A stretch of 32,000 bases of DNA, taken from Acaryochloris marina S15 (GTDB taxonomy: Bacteria > Cyanobacteriota > Cyanobacteriia > Thermosynechococcales > Thermosynechococcaceae). The DNA is taken from positions 4,860,001 through 4,892,000 of the forward strand of contig NZ_CP064923.1 in the NCBI RefSeq assembly GCF_018336915.1, given 5' to 3'. Position numbers and translations under genes: made by a program. Under the pieces are notes generated by a model. That model saw only the letters and a program-made list of their open reading frames with translations. It was not told the DNA's origin and ran no database searches. Within the stretch, counting starts at the first letter, position 1. Each line of letters begins with the position of its first letter. Below are positions 1-7,243 of this stretch, one piece after another.

Positions 1-956
1 AAATCCCCTTGGGTAAGCTGGTCTGCATTACAGGGGTTTCGGGGTCGGGTAAATCGACGCTGATGAATGAGCTGCTTTATCCGGCATTGCAGCATCATTT
101 GGGCTTTAAGGTGCCGTTCCCCAATGAGCTAGATCGGGTTGCGGGTCTGAAAAGTCTGGATAAAGCCATCGTCATTGACCAATCCCCTATTGGCCGAACC
201 CCTCGCTCTAATCCCGCCACCTATACGGGGGTGTTTGATGTGATTCGGAGCGTGTTTTCGGAAACGGTGGAAGCTAAAGCCCGAGGGTATAAACCTGGTC
301 GGTTTTCCTTCAATGTTAAGGGGGGGCGTTGTGAAGCCTGCGGTGGGCAAGGCGTTAATGTCATTGAGATGAATTTCCTGCCGGATGTCTATGTTCAGTG
401 TGAGGTATGTAAGGGGGCAAGGTATAACCGGGAAACGCTCCAGGTGAAGTACAAGGGCAAGTCGATTGCGGATGTGCTGGCGATGACGGCGGAGGAAGCC
501 CTGAAGTTTTGTGAGAATATCCCCAAGGCAGCGAATAAGCTGCAAACGATGGTGGATGTGGGGCTAGGGTATGTACGGCTTGGACAAACGGCTCCCACAC
601 TGTCGGGTGGGGAAGCCCAGCGGTTGAAGTTGGCGACGGAGTTGTCTCGGCGAGCGACTGGGAAAACGCTTTATTTAATTGATGAACCGACGACGGGGCT
701 GTCTTTTTATGATGTTCACAAGTTGCTGGATGTGTTGCAGCGGCTGGTAGATAAGGGCAATTCAGTATTGGTGATTGAGCATAATTTGGATGTGATTCGC
801 TGCTCAGATTGGGTGATTGATCTAGGGCCGGATGGCGGCGATCGTGGGGGTGAGTTGGTGGCAACGGGTACGCCGGAGACAGTTGCGAATGTGGCTGAGT
901 CTTATACGGGGCAGTATCTTAAGCAGGTGCTAGCTCTTCATCCTCTTGCCCAATGA
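1..956 (+). CDS. uvrA: Excinuclease ABC subunit A, C-terminal ~316 aa (5' end lies upstream of the window)
   Basis: Frame is open to the window edge; the ORF-track M at 9 is an internal TTG (Leu). Second UvrA ATPase module: Walker [10 protein letters not shown], zinc finger [17 protein letters not shown] signature LSGGEAQR, Walker [17 protein letters not shown]. Confidence 0.95.
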   Translation, partial: IPLGKLVCITGVSGSGKSTLMNELLYPALQHHLGFKVPFPNELDRVAGLKSLDKAIVIDQSPIGRTPRSNPATYTGVFDVIRSVFSETVEAKARGYKPGRFSFNVKGGRCEACGGQGVNVIEMNFLPDVYVQCEVCKGARYNRETLQVKYKGKSIADVLAMTAEEALKFCENIPKAANKLQTMVDVGLGYVRLGQTAPTLSGGEAQRLKLATELSRRATGKTLYLIDEPTTGLSFYDVHKLLDVLQRLVDKGNSVLVIEHNLDVIRCSDWVIDLGPDGGDRGGELVATGTPETVANVAESYTGQYLKQVLALHPLAQ

Positions 957-1040
957 TCCTGATAAAACCAAAAGCATAATAGCTTCTAACCAGGTGTTTT
1001 TGCTAGCTGTGGAAGGTCTGAGTTGACCTTGTTGGGACAT

Positions 1041-1073
1041 GGGGGAATAAGGAATCAACGCTTTGATTCCCCC
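1041..1073 (-). terminator. Weak stem-loop between the convergent uvrA and island-operon ends
   Basis: GGAATCAA-cgct-TTGATTCC at 1051-1070; alternative pairing GGGGGAAT/ATTCCCCC (1041-1048/1066-1073). No clean U-tract on either strand. Confidence 0.25.
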
Positions 1074-1131
1074 AATCGAACTTAAGATGATGGAGGCGGC
1101 TGACTCCATCCTTAGCTGGACAGGGCCAAAA

Positions 1132-1938
1132 TTAAATGCATGAGGTCTGTCCACCATCGACCAAAATTTCAACACCTGTCATCGAGGGTATGCAGCGTGC
1201 TCCAATAAACGCAACCAATCTTCCAATTTCTTCTGGATCAACAAATCGGCCAGTAGGAATTCGTAATTCTCGTTCTCTCAATACCTCCTCTCGAGCACAG
1301 CCTCGCATTCGGGCCTCCTCTTCTATGAGTCTTTCGATTCGTTTAGTTTTCGTGCTCCCAGGTGAAATAGTGATTACAGAAATGTTTTTATGAGCAAGTT
1401 TTTTTGCAAGCCCTTTTGAGAAATTAATAATGGCAGCATTAGCCATACTTCCAGGAAGAAAGTCTGGCCGGGGAGATCTCCCAGCACCACCAGCGATATT
1501 AATAATTGTTCCAGAACCAGACTCAACCAAATACGGAATTACCTCTTTTGCCATTCGAACATATCCAAATACCTTCAGTCTCCATGCTTCGTCGAAAACG
1601 CTAACATCAGACTCTGGAAACGCAGTCATAGGAGCAGATCCAGCACAGTTCACTAGTATATTGATCCGTTGAAACTTCTCCATTGCGAACGCTACTGCAG
1701 ACTCAGAAGCATCCTTATGTGAAAGGTCGCATGAATAAATTTGAATAGAACGATTTGAGTAATAAGGAGTTGCATCAATGATTGCGTTTCTAGCACTATC
1801 AAGCCGTTTTTCATCTCTGGCCACAAGCAATACTTCTGCTCCATATCCGGCTAAAACCTTCGCACAGTGAAAACCTATTCCCGAACTGCCACCAGTGACA
1901 ATTGCAGCTGATTGTGAAAGTCGATCAAACATTTGCAT
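1132..1938 (-). CDS. SDR-fold (short-chain dehydrogenase/reductase family) protein with atypical active site
   Basis: 268 aa. Rossmann motif TGGSSGIG, LLVARDEKR after beta2, NCAG (NNAG variant), PG motif ISPGSTKT. The expected Ser..YxxxK stretch reads NIAGGAG..PGSMANAA. ATG at 1938 (second ATG at 1932) overlaps the YciI stop. Confidence 0.85.
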   Translation of the reverse strand: MQMFDRLSQSAAIVTGGSSGIGFHCAKVLAGYGAEVLLVARDEKRLDSARNAIIDATPYYSNRSIQIYSCDLSHKDASESAVAFAMEKFQRINILVNCAGSAPMTAFPESDVSVFDEAWRLKVFGYVRMAKEVIPYLVESGSGTIINIAGGAGRSPRPDFLPGSMANAAIINFSKGLAKKLAHKNISVITISPGSTKTKRIERLIEEEARMRGCAREEVLRERELRIPTGRFVDPEEIGRLVAFIGARCIPSMTGVEILVDGGQTSCI

Positions 1939-2233
1939 TCACACCTAATATTGAGTTTAATTCGGGTAACCAACTTCCCAGCTCAAACTCGATTATTTCG
2001 TACTCTGCAACTCCTGCAATGCAAAACGGATCCTGCCTAGCAATCTCTTCAATGTCATCAAAGCTTTTGCCAACCGCAAGAATTACTCCACCCGTTCGAG
2101 GCCACTTTCGTCCTGAGAGTAAAAATGTTTGCGTCCTATAGTTTTCCCGCAGATAATCAAAATGGCGTTTTACAATTCGATCGACTTCTTCCAGTGGTTT
2201 TATATATGTGAGCAGGATTAAATGGGCTCTCAT
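1925..2233 (-). CDS. YciI-like family protein
   Basis: 102 aa. The size and the pattern RHFDYL...GGVILAV...ARQDPFCIAGV..YEI fit the YciI/DGPF fold. GAGG lies 9 nt upstream of the ATG. Confidence 0.75.
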   Translation of the reverse strand: MRAHLILLTYIKPLEEVDRIVKRHFDYLRENYRTQTFLLSGRKWPRTGGVILAVGKSFDDIEEIARQDPFCIAGVAEYEIIEFELGSWLPELNSILGVNANV

Positions 2234-2269
2234 GGAAGTGACCTCAATGATGGATATTTCAAACAGAAA

Positions 2270-2965
2270 TCAATTCAACCTAGCTCGTCGTAGAATTCTA
2301 CGACTTAAACCCGACAAAGCAGTTCTCCCATGGAGAACCCTATGATTTAGCAACCAAATTGCATCTCCAGTACGGAGATATACTTGCTGCGAATTTTGGA
2401 TATCATTCACTGCAGTTTGGACCAAATTGAGCACATGATTGGCGAAGGGTGAAAGAGGCTTGATCGAGTATTTTGTGTCACTTCTAAACCTAATACCAAT
2501 GCCTCCGGTTTCCTCAATTGGGAAGAATATACTCCCAGTCACCTCTACATTGGTAAATTTTTCACGGCGAGAGAAAACGAATAACGCACTTTCAGGGTTC
2601 TTAGTAGTAGAGGACACAATATCATAAATCGTATTTCCATCAACAATGGTGGTGACACCGTATCCATACTGATCAGATTGGACACATTGAAGCAGGATAT
2701 GTTTTGGCGGAATTTGCTCAAACGTACCGTCAGTATGTGGTCTCATTTCACTAGCAGAGTATGCGATTGAGTTAGGACGAGTTGGGATGCATGGGTCAAA
2801 CTTTACAAGACCAATAGCCTCTTCAAATATTCCATTCACACATACTCCAATTTTAGAGAGCAACCTTCGCAATGTCTCCTCACTCGTTCCAATTTCTCGA
2901 AACACATAAAAGCCTTGCTTAAGAAGACATTCAAAGCTTTCATTCCAACATAAAGCTTCATTCAT
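2270..2965 (-). CDS. TauD/TfdA-family Fe(II)/2-oxoglutarate-dependent dioxygenase
   Basis: 231 aa. HxD facial-triad motif (RPHTDGTF) and distal GDAIWLLNHRVLHGRTA, matching the family pattern GD..WDN...H.R. AAGGAG lies 6 nt upstream of the ATG. Confidence 0.8.
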   Translation of the reverse strand: MNEALCWNESFECLLKQGFYVFREIGTSEETLRRLLSKIGVCVNGIFEEAIGLVKFDPCIPTRPNSIAYSASEMRPHTDGTFEQIPPKHILLQCVQSDQYGYGVTTIVDGNTIYDIVSSTTKNPESALFVFSRREKFTNVEVTGSIFFPIEETGGIGIRFRSDTKYSIKPLSPFANHVLNLVQTAVNDIQNSQQVYLRTGDAIWLLNHRVLHGRTALSGLSRRILRRARLN

Positions 2966-2989
2966 GACTGTCTCCTTATGAACGAGAAA

Positions 2990-3835
2990 CTAATGGGTTA
3001 ATTCGAGAAAATGGTAAATCGCTTCTGCGACTCCAGAGTCATTGTTACTACCAACAATATGTTTAGCCACTGCCTTCAGTTCGGGTACGGCATTATCAAC
3101 TGCAACCCCGAAGTGAGATTTTTCAACCATTTCTATATCGTTATACCCGTCCCCAATTGCCATGATCTTTTTTTGGGTGAGGCCCTCACTCTTCAAAGCA
3201 TGAATCATAGAATCCCACTTTGATACAAACGGGGATGTGCACTCGATGTAACCTAGTCGGGTCTTGATTATTTTCAATCTGTTTGAATTGAACTCTAGTG
3301 CCTGCTTGTAGACAGTGTCTTCAAGAGGAGATTCTGTGTGAGGATTATAGTTATTTGATATTTCCAGTGGATATACGAAGAACTTGTGAAAATTTCTACA
3401 ATCTAACTTAGTTAAGTCTGACCTATATTCAAATGTTGCTCCTGTCCGCTTCTTATAGTGATCTACCACCTTGTCATCAATCGTTGTCGTTGCGAAAATC
3501 GAATCATTTGAGAACAAGACAACATTATGGTTTCTAAGATCAAATTTATCTGTTAGGAATCGCATGTCAGAATAGTTCACGCATTCTTCATAACAAGTTG
3601 TGCTATCAGAAGAACGCAAAACCAATGCTCCGTTATAACAGACGAAATACGAAAAAAGTTCTTTTGACTCCCCAATAATTCGAGTAACAGCTTGTGGCAT
3701 TCTACCGGTTGCAACTATTAAACAAACGTTTTGTTCATGAGCAACCTGCAATGCTGTTATATTTTCTTCAGAAATTTTGTTGTCGGAGTTTAAAAGAGTG
3801 TGATCTAAGTCAAGGGCAATGGCTTTCATTTTCAT
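2990..3835 (-). CDS. Cof-type HAD-IIB phosphatase
   Basis: 281 aa. HAD motif I IALDLDHTLL, motif II VATGR, motif IV GDGYNDIEM. Its ATG overlaps the stop of the upstream EPSPS-like gene (ATGA). Confidence 0.85.
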   Translation of the reverse strand: MKMKAIALDLDHTLLNSDNKISEENITALQVAHEQNVCLIVATGRMPQAVTRIIGESKELFSYFVCYNGALVLRSSDSTTCYEECVNYSDMRFLTDKFDLRNHNVVLFSNDSIFATTTIDDKVVDHYKKRTGATFEYRSDLTKLDCRNFHKFFVYPLEISNNYNPHTESPLEDTVYKQALEFNSNRLKIIKTRLGYIECTSPFVSKWDSMIHALKSEGLTQKKIMAIGDGYNDIEMVEKSHFGVAVDNAVPELKAVAKHIVGSNNDSGVAEAIYHFLELTH

Positions 3836-5139
3836 ACCCTACACTGAAGTGTAGCTCCATGTTGATTTAGTATTTCAAGAAAGGAAGGAAAGCTCTCTTT
3901 ATATTCCCCAGCATCTAAAATCTGAGTTGAACCATTTGCCACAAGCGCAGCGACTATCATGCTCATTTCGATCCTGTGGTCTTTTTCTGACTTAACAACA
4001 CAACCCGCTAGTTTTTGCGGACCAACGACTGAAAAACCATCATTCCGTGGAGTGATTTTAGCTGAAAAAGGCGATAGAGAGGTAATAATTGAATCGATTC
4101 GATCAGTATCTTTTACGCGTAATTCAGCAGCATCTCTCACCGTAGTTGTCCCATGGGCTGCGAGTGAAAGTACGGCAAATATTGGGATTTCATCTATCAT
4201 AGTCAATACTTGATCACTTGATAGCTCTATACCTCTAAGTTTAGAGTGCCTTACTCGGATATCGCCACATGGTTCACCAGCAATATTATATTGATCTTCA
4301 ATTGATATACTTGCACCCATTTCACTAACCGCATTCAGCAAACCTATTCGACCTGGGTTCAAATTGACTCTTTCAATAGTTATGTCGCTTTCGGGAACTA
4401 GGATTGCAGCTGCAATAAGAAAGGACGCCGAACTCATGTCACCAGGGATTGAAACATTCAATGGATTTAATGTTGAGGGTCTAACGAAAATCTGCCCTGG
4501 AATCGATTCAATATTTGCGCCTTGGGCTCTTAATAGTCGGACTGAGTGGTCACGTATCGTTCCTTCATATGAAATTGTTGAATTGCTCGAGGCGTTTAAT
4601 GCGGCGAGCAGTAACGCAGTTTGTAACTGCCCGCTCGAAACTGGCATCCTATAATCGATCCCATTCAATTGGCCGCCCCTCATATATACAGGGGCATGGC
4701 CGTTAGTCGTTTCAACTGTAGCTCCCATTAAGCGCAATGGGAGCGCCACTCTCTCCATCGGTCTTTGATTTAATACATTATCCCCAATAAGATACACATC
4801 TGAAGGAACTGCTGCTAAAGCCCCCATAAAGAATCGCATCGTAGTAGCAGATCTCTTGCAATCGACGGTAATTTTCGGCCGATTGTACTCTAATAATGGG
4901 CATCCAGTTATTTTGGCTGTTGGCGATCCCTCACTGTTTGTGAAAATTTTAATTGGAACACCAAGGTTGACAAGTACATCAACCATATGACGAGTTGTGT
5001 TGGCATCGAGGATATTTTCAATAACTGAATTACCTCTTGCAAAGCTTGCAAATAACAGAGCACGGTGTGATATAGATTTATCGCCTGGTAATCTGACTCT
5101 TCCGAGTAGAGGTCCTGACCTTTTTATCTCAATAATCAT
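3832..5139 (-). CDS. aroA: 3-phosphoshikimate 1-carboxyvinyltransferase (EPSP synthase) family paralogue, class II-like, divergent PEP site
   Basis: 435 aa. LPGDKSISHRALLF, VSSGQLQTALLLAAL, RDHS, PGDMSSASF, IDEIPIFAV, AAELRVKDTDRI and DHRIEM fit EPSPS. The usual GN(A/S)GT(A/T)MR loop reads KRSATTMR, and RVKE reads RVKD. Confidence 0.85.
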   Translation of the reverse strand: MIIEIKRSGPLLGRVRLPGDKSISHRALLFASFARGNSVIENILDANTTRHMVDVLVNLGVPIKIFTNSEGSPTAKITGCPLLEYNRPKITVDCKRSATTMRFFMGALAAVPSDVYLIGDNVLNQRPMERVALPLRLMGATVETTNGHAPVYMRGGQLNGIDYRMPVSSGQLQTALLLAALNASSNSTISYEGTIRDHSVRLLRAQGANIESIPGQIFVRPSTLNPLNVSIPGDMSSASFLIAAAILVPESDITIERVNLNPGRIGLLNAVSEMGASISIEDQYNIAGEPCGDIRVRHSKLRGIELSSDQVLTMIDEIPIFAVLSLAAHGTTTVRDAAELRVKDTDRIDSIITSLSPFSAKITPRNDGFSVVGPQKLAGCVVKSEKDHRIEMSMIVAALVANGSTQILDAGEYKESFPSFLEILNQHGATLQCRV

Positions 5140-5149
5140 GTATTCATTC

Positions 5150-5971
5150 CTATGTCATGCGAGTTCTTAGGGCAATTCGAAATCCCGTGGCTTGTCCTCT
5201 GAATGTGATGAGATTTCGACAGCGGTATGCAGAATGAACATGCTCAACAGGTGCCTGCCACCCACTACCTCTCACCACACGTCGGTCTGCCTCTCCATTT
5301 GTTTCGATAGGATCTATTAGATTGCCATCTGCTCTTAACCGATATGCATAAGGATTCCACATATCAAGGCACCATTCCCACACATTTCCAAGTTGTGAGA
5401 CTGTACCAAACGGACTAGAAACATGTGAGAATAAGTCTGAGTTAACTGGTTGTCCGGCTTTCAAGTCTTGACCGTACCTTGCAAGCTGAGAATTTGGCAA
5501 TTCGTACCCCCAAGGATATGGTCTAGAATCTCTTCCCCTCGCTGCATACTCCCACTGAGCTTCGGTAGGCAGTGTTACGGTTGTATTAGATATATCTGAA
5601 AACCATTCACAGAAAGCAATAGCATCCTCCCAAGAAACGTAAGTAACTGGTACTGTATTATCTATTAATCTATCTGTAACAAAGGACTTAGGGTGATCAC
5701 GCTTTGTTGAATCTAAGAATTGGACAAACTGATTAACAGTGACAGGATTTCTAGACATCCAAAATGTAGACAAAGCAACCCAATGCGGTGGTTGAGAAAA
5801 ATGGAGATCAGCAAGCCCCATCTCAAACATTCCACCCTCTACTTCAACGAATTCCATTCCGGCAACACGTTTAATCTCAATCATCGATCGGGCAGCTGAG
5901 ATAGTTGGTTGTGAAAACTCAATGCCAACCGGGTAATAATTCGAACCATCTGCCTTTTTCTGGCCCGCCAC
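5150..5971 (-). CDS. Formylglycine-generating-enzyme (SUMF1/EgtB/PvdO) fold protein
   Basis: 273 aa. FGE-sulfatase motifs VTVNQF, VSWEDAIAFCEW, LPTEAQWEYAARG, GNVWEWC, RVVRGSGW, GFR. The ORF-track start is GTG with no obvious SD; the ATG at MIEIKR is an alternative start. Confidence 0.8.
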   Translation of the reverse strand: MAGQKKADGSNYYPVGIEFSQPTISAARSMIEIKRVAGMEFVEVEGGMFEMGLADLHFSQPPHWVALSTFWMSRNPVTVNQFVQFLDSTKRDHPKSFVTDRLIDNTVPVTYVSWEDAIAFCEWFSDISNTTVTLPTEAQWEYAARGRDSRPYPWGYELPNSQLARYGQDLKAGQPVNSDLFSHVSSPFGTVSQLGNVWEWCLDMWNPYAYRLRADGNLIDPIETNGEADRRVVRGSGWQAPVEHVHSAYRCRNLITFRGQATGFRIALRTRMT

Positions 5972-5997
5972 TTTTGGCGAATTGATTTGTAACGAGC

Positions 5998-6855
5998 CTA
6001 AGAAGGGTTTTGAATCAAATTAAGACATTCTTGAAGGAATAGACAGTGTGACTTGTATAGAGTCGCTTCCCGGTTCACAGGCTTGCAAATACTTATGTGA
6101 TCTTCCTCTAGTGGAATTGCCTTTTCATGTGGAATGCGTGGCTCAGCACTTGTAGGATCAACAACAAGAAAACTGACCCCCGGGTTTATTGTGTGATTAA
6201 AGAAAGGAATCGTAATTCCTGGCTTAATCTTTTGTCTTTCGGCGAATGCACGACAAACCATTTTTCTGTTGCTAACTACTTTAAGAAATGCAGTGTGAAG
6301 CGAATTTAATTGACTACTGTGGTGCTGAAGTGCGGATACTTGTTCTGAAGTGTTTAACAGCAAACTAAAAAAATTTGCAAAGCTTGCCAAATTTGCCCCT
6401 GCATGTGGAGTTGCAATGAAACTCACACCTAAAACCTTTTCGCCGAGCAACTCCCACCTTGGGACATCCTGGGAAAATGCGTGAATTATCAACTGTTTTG
6501 CAACCAAACCACCTAAACTATGTGTAATGAAAATAATTGGCCGTGATCCTAATTCGCATGCCACCATTTCTTCGAGAATCGTGTCACCTAAATCCTCAAG
6601 CGGCATCGAATCCTTCACCCAAGCTGATATCGAACTGCTATACCCCATTGTCCAAATGTTTAGATTGGGAAAAGAGCGTGCGAGCCAATCTGGCCAGAAT
6701 TTCTCAACATCTTGTTCATAGGCCCATGTGGTTTGGGAACCACCACCAAGGCCATGAATGAAAATCACATCAGCATCTATATCATTGTGGTGGGCCAACA
6801 CTTCTGTTTCAAGTTTGAGACTTACTTTAGTTGCATCCACCAATTCTGTTCTCAA
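5998..6855 (-). CDS. Alpha/beta-hydrolase, DUF676/PGAP1-like (SesB-like) putative serine esterase/lipase
   Basis: 285 aa. VIFIHGLGGGSQTTW..FWPDWL..IWTMGY..PIIFITHSLGGLVAKQ (nucleophile elbow HSLGG), ATPHAG, late DH pair. TTG start at 6855 is preceded by GGAGGG 6-7 nt upstream. Confidence 0.8.
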   Translation of the reverse strand: MRTELVDATKVSLKLETEVLAHHNDIDADVIFIHGLGGGSQTTWAYEQDVEKFWPDWLARSFPNLNIWTMGYSSSISAWVKDSMPLEDLGDTILEEMVACELGSRPIIFITHSLGGLVAKQLIIHAFSQDVPRWELLGEKVLGVSFIATPHAGANLASFANFFSLLLNTSEQVSALQHHSSQLNSLHTAFLKVVSNRKMVCRAFAERQKIKPGITIPFFNHTINPGVSFLVVDPTSAEPRIPHEKAIPLEEDHISICKPVNREATLYKSHCLFLQECLNLIQNPS

Positions 6856-7243
6856 GGTTTACCCTCCGCTTCATAGGAACTTGCAAGCATTGGAGCATAA
6901 AATGTATCTTATCAAGAAAGTCTGGAAAGATTGGCTTCAACCCAGTGTTATGGAGATCTTCAGTTAAGCAAAGGCCTAAATCTCCAAACAAAGCTGCTTT
7001 CTAGCATATGGATTAAATGTGAACTGCAGAGCTATATGAGTACTACTACAATAAAGTAGACAACTTGCAGTCAAAACTCACAAAATAGTCGTCTAACGAT
7101 CCGTATTTACACAACGACATGAATGATCTCAAACATCAATTTGGAGAACGAATATCCAAGTTTATGACAGAGATAAAATATCCAATTCAGTAAATCTTTA
7201 ACTGTTTTCCTCACAAAGAACACGAGCATGATGCCTCCAATGT

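Noticed and set aside
129-864. Three antisense ORFs (138, 167 and 67 aa) inside uvrA
   Set aside because: They lie entirely within a strongly supported uvrA frame. Their Pro/His/Ser-rich, low-complexity translations are typical of antisense frames in GC-richer coding sequence.
930-1175. 81-aa minus-strand ORF spanning the uvrA/SDR convergent spacer
   Set aside because: It overlaps both real gene ends, has no SD and no recognisable motif, and most likely arises by chance.
957-7243. Search for direct repeats or att-like sequences flanking the AT-rich operon
   Set aside because: Only an 8-mer (attaaatg, near 1130 and 7012) is shared, which is within chance expectation. I therefore make no mobile-element call for the block.
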